From an uncultured archaeon (GTDB lineage: Archaea; Asgardarchaeota; Lokiarchaeia; Sigyniarchaeales; SOKP01): a stretch of 19,980 nt of DNA. The position numbers and the translations under genes were made by a program. The number at the start of each line of letters is the position of its first letter. Position 1 is the first letter of the stretch. Shown one piece after another: positions 16,289 through 19,980 of this stretch. The notes under the pieces are model-generated. The model saw only the letters and a list, made by a program, of their open reading frames with translations, made no database searches and was not told the DNA's origin. The DNA lies in contig CAZBPC010000063.1 in assembly GCA_964493715.1 (NCBI GenBank), positions 1-19,980 on the forward strand. The letters are read 5' to 3'.

Positions 16289-19200
16289 GTGATCCACGTT
16301 TTGTTAGGAGAATTAGCGATAATAATCATATTCATAGTATTCTTTTTTATTGGTTTTTTTATTATTTACAAACAAGTAGCTTTAGTTAAAAAAGGAGAAT
16401 TTAGTTTTATTGACCGGCTGCAATGTTTGTTTTATGGGCTTATATTCAGTATTGCAGTGATGGTTGTTGTAGGAATGGCTTTCATTTTTGCTGATAATGC
16501 ACTCCATCCTCTCATATTAATAATTCCTTTTGCAATATGTCTTGTGTACATTTCAATCTATCCTCTCATTGATTTCTTATTTATTGCTCTTAGTGAAGAA
16601 GCAGATGAAGGTTTAACACCATTTCACAGATACATAAGTAAAAACATCATAAATAAATCAAGTAATAAAATAATCTCAGCTATAGTGGCACTATTATTAT
16701 ATTTCTTTTTAATTATTCCACCAATATTAATATCTTTAATGGGATTTCCTTTTCAAACCTTATGGATCTCTTGGATGCTATTTTACCCCCTCTTGATATT
16801 GACATATTATGGGTCTAAAGGATATATATCCGGAATTTCACATCAATATTATCATATACCCGATATTAAGAGATCTATTTTCTTGAATTTTGAAGATAAT
16901 AAAAGAGGGTTGCGTCAATTTCTAACTGATCCCTCACCATTCATTATGCTAGGATTAATGATGTTTGTTTTTGTATGGGCATGGATCTCACTTTTCCAAA
17001 CTATAGGATTCTTTTTTACTGGATCTTTAGCAATTTCTACGATGTCTTCGTATTTTGTATATGTTACTCTGTTTTTTGGAATTGTAGGATATTTTACTCG
17101 ATTTTGGGGTCGAAAAATTAAGTATCGCGGAATTGATATCTATTTCGCAGCATATTTAATGGCCGCAATTGGTATAAATGTTTTAGTTAATTTTTTAATT
17201 GTAAATATTGATATTCTATCAAGTTCTTTTAATTATTGGTCTTTTACAGCAGGAATCGTACCCGTTTCTAATAGCTTTGCTTGGCCTGCTGTTATTGAGG
17301 AAACAATTTTGATAATTATAACATCCTATTACTTTCTTGTAAAAAAGAACGAGTTCAAATTTAATATTAAATATTCCAAAATAACAGAATGTGGTCAAAC
17401 TTTTGATCCAATTCCACTATTTAATTTTATTAAAAATCCAGATAAAAAACTAAGAGAATATGCTGAAAATACCTTACTATTAATGTATGAACGAATACCT
17501 TTGAAGTCAAAAAAATATTTGAACGATTGGAAATTTAAAAACTCACTGATTGATGGGATATGTGATCCAAATCCTAATTCCAGAAAAATATCAATTAAAA
17601 TTTTGATACAATTAGAGAGTGATGTTCCTGATATTGTGTTGCCCTGGATTGAGGAAGCTCTTGAGTCTCCAAATTATGATAAAAGCATTTCTGTCGCTCG
17701 CACTCTGTTAATAAATGATAACCAATTAGTTGAAAGATTGCCTGAAAATCTTCTTATCAATCTTATCAACGATCCCGAATGGAGGTTAAGATTAATAGGT
17801 ATAAAATTACTGGGAAAAATAAATTTGCAGGAAGATGAATTAATTTCAAAATTTAAATTAATTGAAATTCTTAACGATCCAAGTGTAAATATCCAAGTAG
17901 AAGTACTAAAATTATTATCTGAGTCATCTTATCAGATCCCTCAGAAAATCATTTTTGAAAAACTCTCCTATTCACAACAAAAAATTAAAGCTGCTGCAAT
18001 TCAATGCTTAAATAATATTGATATACAGAAAATTGATTTGAATTTAATATCAAAGATTATTCCTTTTATGAAAGATCCTAGGAAGTCAGTTAGAGCTTCA
18101 ATGTTCGACATTATATCGAAAATCGGTAACTTTAAGAAATTATCGATTCCAATATCACCTATTTTAGATGGATTGACAGATTCAGCAGAGAACGTGAGAA
18201 ATTCAGCTGTAAATGCTTTGGAAAAATACATTAATGAATCCCCAAAAGCCTTAGATTTAGATACGATTATAAATAAAATCGATATTTCAAATATGGGGGT
18301 TGTAACCAGTATCATAACACTTCTGGGAAAATTATGGCATTATAATCCTGAAAAAATATTATCCACATTATTAAAATATATAAAACTCGGAAATAATGAA
18401 GTAAAGCAAAAAATTTCATCAATTTTAACTCAAAAATCAGAGGATGAGACGCTTTTTATCTTAAAAAGACTGTTGCTCTTGGAAGATGATTCTGGATTCA
18501 TATCAAAAGGCGTTGTATCTACAACAGTTTCTAAAATTGCATCTAAATATCCTGTCGAAGTAATACCCACTTTACACGAATGTTTGACATCAGAGGATCC
18601 AAATATTGTCTTAAATGCGATCCTCTCTTTAGAAAGTTTAATAGAAAATAATAGTGAAAGATTAAATTTAGCAGAAATCATTAAGATTTTAAAACCAAGA
18701 TTAGAACCAAAAATTAAAAAGGAAATAGCTCAAATTATTTCTAAAATAGCGAAAAAAAACCCAACTATGTTAAAACCCGTGATGAACGATTTGTTAATGT
18801 CAATTGAAGATTTAGATCCTAATTCAAGGATAATGCTGATGAAATCGTTTCTTGAGATTGTAAAAAATTATCCTGAACTTATTCCAATAGGTTTTGTATT
18901 TTCATTTTTGCAGGATAATGATTCATTTGTCAGGGAAACAAGCACTAAAATTTTAGGATATATCGGTGATATAGATCTAGTAGAATCTACTGATGCTCTT
19001 ATTAATTTTTCATTAAAAGATGATGAATGGATCGTTCGAGATGCTGCCGTGTTAAGTTTAGGAAGACTTATCAACAAATTTAAAGGTAATGAGGAAATTA
19101 TTGGAAAATTGGTCATACTATTAGAAGATAAAAATAGTTGGGTTAAGAGATCAGTAATGAATTTATTATCCTCAATTTCAGGCTTAGATCCAGATAAAAT

Positions 19201-19609
19201 TCCTTTTAATATCGTTGAGAAAAATCTAAAGAATGAAGATCCGAAGATTAGAGAAGGCTTGGCTAATCTTTTGAAAATTTATGGATTTACAAAAATTGAT
19301 ATGATTTTTGATTCTATCCTATTATTATTGGGTGATGAATCAAAAGATGTGCGTAATAATATGATTAACTCAATGGTTAGCATTATCCAAGAAAAAGGAT
19401 TAGCTGAAATCCTATCAAAATTACTAAAAAATCTGAGTGATGAGGGATCAATTACATCACAACAATCTATTGCCATAATCTTAGGTCGAACAGCGAGATA
19501 TGAAGAAGAAAAAATGAAAAAACGCATCATTGCCTTATTAAAAATTAGGTGTGAAGCATCTCAAGATCCAATTATATGTGAAACCTTGAACAAGTTAAAA
19601 GAAGACTAG
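16289..19609 (+). CDS. Polytopic membrane protein (~9 TM helices) fused to a ~750-aa HEAT-repeat alpha-solenoid
   Basis: Residues 1-352 contain about 9 hydrophobic stretches. The remainder has many HEAT signatures: LINDPEWRLR, MKDPRKSVR, LTDSAENVRNSA, LQDNDSFVRE, LKDDEWIVRDAA, LEDKNSWVKR, LGDESKDVR. Confidence 0.85.
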   Translation: MIHVLLGELAIIIIFIVFFFIGFFIIYKQVALVKKGEFSFIDRLQCLFYGLIFSIAVMVVVGMAFIFADNALHPLILIIPFAICLVYISIYPLIDFLFIALSEEADEGLTPFHRYISKNIINKSSNKIISAIVALLLYFFLIIPPILISLMGFPFQTLWISWMLFYPLLILTYYGSKGYISGISHQYYHIPDIKRSIFLNFEDNKRGLRQFLTDPSPFIMLGLMMFVFVWAWISLFQTIGFFFTGSLAISTMSSYFVYVTLFFGIVGYFTRFWGRKIKYRGIDIYFAAYLMAAIGINVLVNFLIVNIDILSSSFNYWSFTAGIVPVSNSFAWPAVIEETILIIITSYYFLVKKNEFKFNIKYSKITECGQTFDPIPLFNFIKNPDKKLREYAENTLLLMYERIPLKSKKYLNDWKFKNSLIDGICDPNPNSRKISIKILIQLESDVPDIVLPWIEEALESPNYDKSISVARTLLINDNQLVERLPENLLINLINDPEWRLRLIGIKLLGKINLQEDELISKFKLIEILNDPSVNIQVEVLKLLSESSYQIPQKIIFEKLSYSQQKIKAAAIQCLNNIDIQKIDLNLISKIIPFMKDPRKSVRASMFDIISKIGNFKKLSIPISPILDGLTDSAENVRNSAVNALEKYINESPKALDLDTIINKIDISNMGVVTSIITLLGKLWHYNPEKILSTLLKYIKLGNNEVKQKISSILTQKSEDETLFILKRLLLLEDDSGFISKGVVSTTVSKIASKYPVEVIPTLHECLTSEDPNIVLNAILSLESLIENNSERLNLAEIIKILKPRLEPKIKKEIAQIISKIAKKNPTMLKPVMNDLLMSIEDLDPNSRIMLMKSFLEIVKNYPELIPIGFVFSFLQDNDSFVRETSTKILGYIGDIDLVESTDALINFSLKDDEWIVRDAAVLSLGRLINKFKGNEEIIGKLVILLEDKNSWVKRSVMNLLSSISGLDPDKIPFNIVEKNLKNEDPKIREGLANLLKIYGFTKIDMIFDSILLLLGDESKDVRNNMINSMVSIIQEKGLAEILSKLLKNLSDEGSITSQQSIAIILGRTARYEEEKMKKRIIALLKIRCEASQDPIICETLNKLKED

Positions 19610-19661
19610 ATAAGGCAAATATTAAATCAATTAAATTTACTAAATTTCATCTCTCTTATTC

Positions 19662-19670
19662 CTTTTTTTT
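19662..19670 (+). terminator. Possible oligo-T terminator after the HEAT gene
   Basis: CTTTTTTTT about 50 nt downstream of the stop at 19609. Confidence 0.3.
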
Positions 19671-19777
19671 GTAAATGATTATTTTTACCTTAATAAGCTT
19701 AAATCATTAATATGTCTGATTAAAATATTATGAAAAATAATTTTGGTATATTAATTAATTCTCGAAGGTGAATTAAG

Positions 19778-19980
19778 ATTACAACCCCCTCATCACAAAC
19801 TGCTATACCTATACCTATTACTCAACGAATTGAAGATTTTTACAGATATTTTGAAGAAAAACCAGGAGTCTACAAGTATCAAGATAAAATCAATGACATC
19901 TTTTCTAAGGGCGGGACGACTCTCATCGTCGAATATGAGGATTTATTAGCATTTGATTCTGAAATAGCAGAAATGTTAAG
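19778..19980 (+). CDS. mcm: MCM replicative helicase, N-terminal fragment (runs off the window); apparent ATT start
   Basis: Hand translation gives ITTPSSQTAIPIPITQRIEDFYRYFEEKPGVYKYQDKINDIFSKGGTTLIVEYEDLLAFDSEIAEML. This matches the MCM N-terminal A subdomain (F..F...Y...I......L.V...DL..FD..LA..L). GAAGGTGA SD motif upstream and gins23 nearby. Confidence 0.82.
   Translation, partial: MTTPSSQTAIPIPITQRIEDFYRYFEEKPGVYKYQDKINDIFSKGGTTLIVEYEDLLAFDSEIAEML

Noticed and set aside
188-19530. Other short ORFs in the track (188..400, 807..1049, 2412..2612, 5437..5619, 10337..10564, 10815..11072, 11937..12122, 15242..15484, 18001..19530 set)
   Set aside because: All overlap longer, better-supported genes on the opposite strand or in another frame, and none shows a recognisable motif.
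19610-19763. Replication origin in the AT-rich gap before mcm
   Set aside because: No repeated ORB-like boxes with G-strings are visible and there is no cdc6/orc1 gene in the window.
1-19980. CRISPR array, tRNA/rRNA genes or IS elements
   Set aside because: No regularly spaced repeats, GC-rich structured RNA segments, terminal inverted repeats or transposase ORFs were seen.

Overview
AT-rich archaeal chromosomal segment. Gene content and protein style suggest an Asgard archaeon (Lokiarchaeia-like); this is inference. Core genes in order: C-terminal part of a vWA-domain protein, a SWIM-like Zn-finger protein, an EndoQ-family PHP nuclease, coaBC, a greatly enlarged topoisomerase VI B, top6A, a SHOCT-like hypothetical protein, pyrE, a Gins23-type GINS subunit, a polytopic membrane protein fused to a long HEAT solenoid, and the 5' end of mcm. 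The main unexplained structure is a ~4.3 kb segment bounded by a 141-bp imperfect direct repeat, which is a duplicated 3' end of the endoQ-like gene (2759-2899 and 7025-7165). It holds two divergent genes: an unannotated 37-aa ORF resembling a signal peptide plus an 8-residue tail (YNGSGGGP), and a 1215-aa protein with about four Lrp/AsnC-like modules. Together these are a candidate peptide-signalling cassette. top6B and mcm both appear to initiate at ATT codons. No rRNA, tRNA, CRISPR array, transposase or integrase was recognised.
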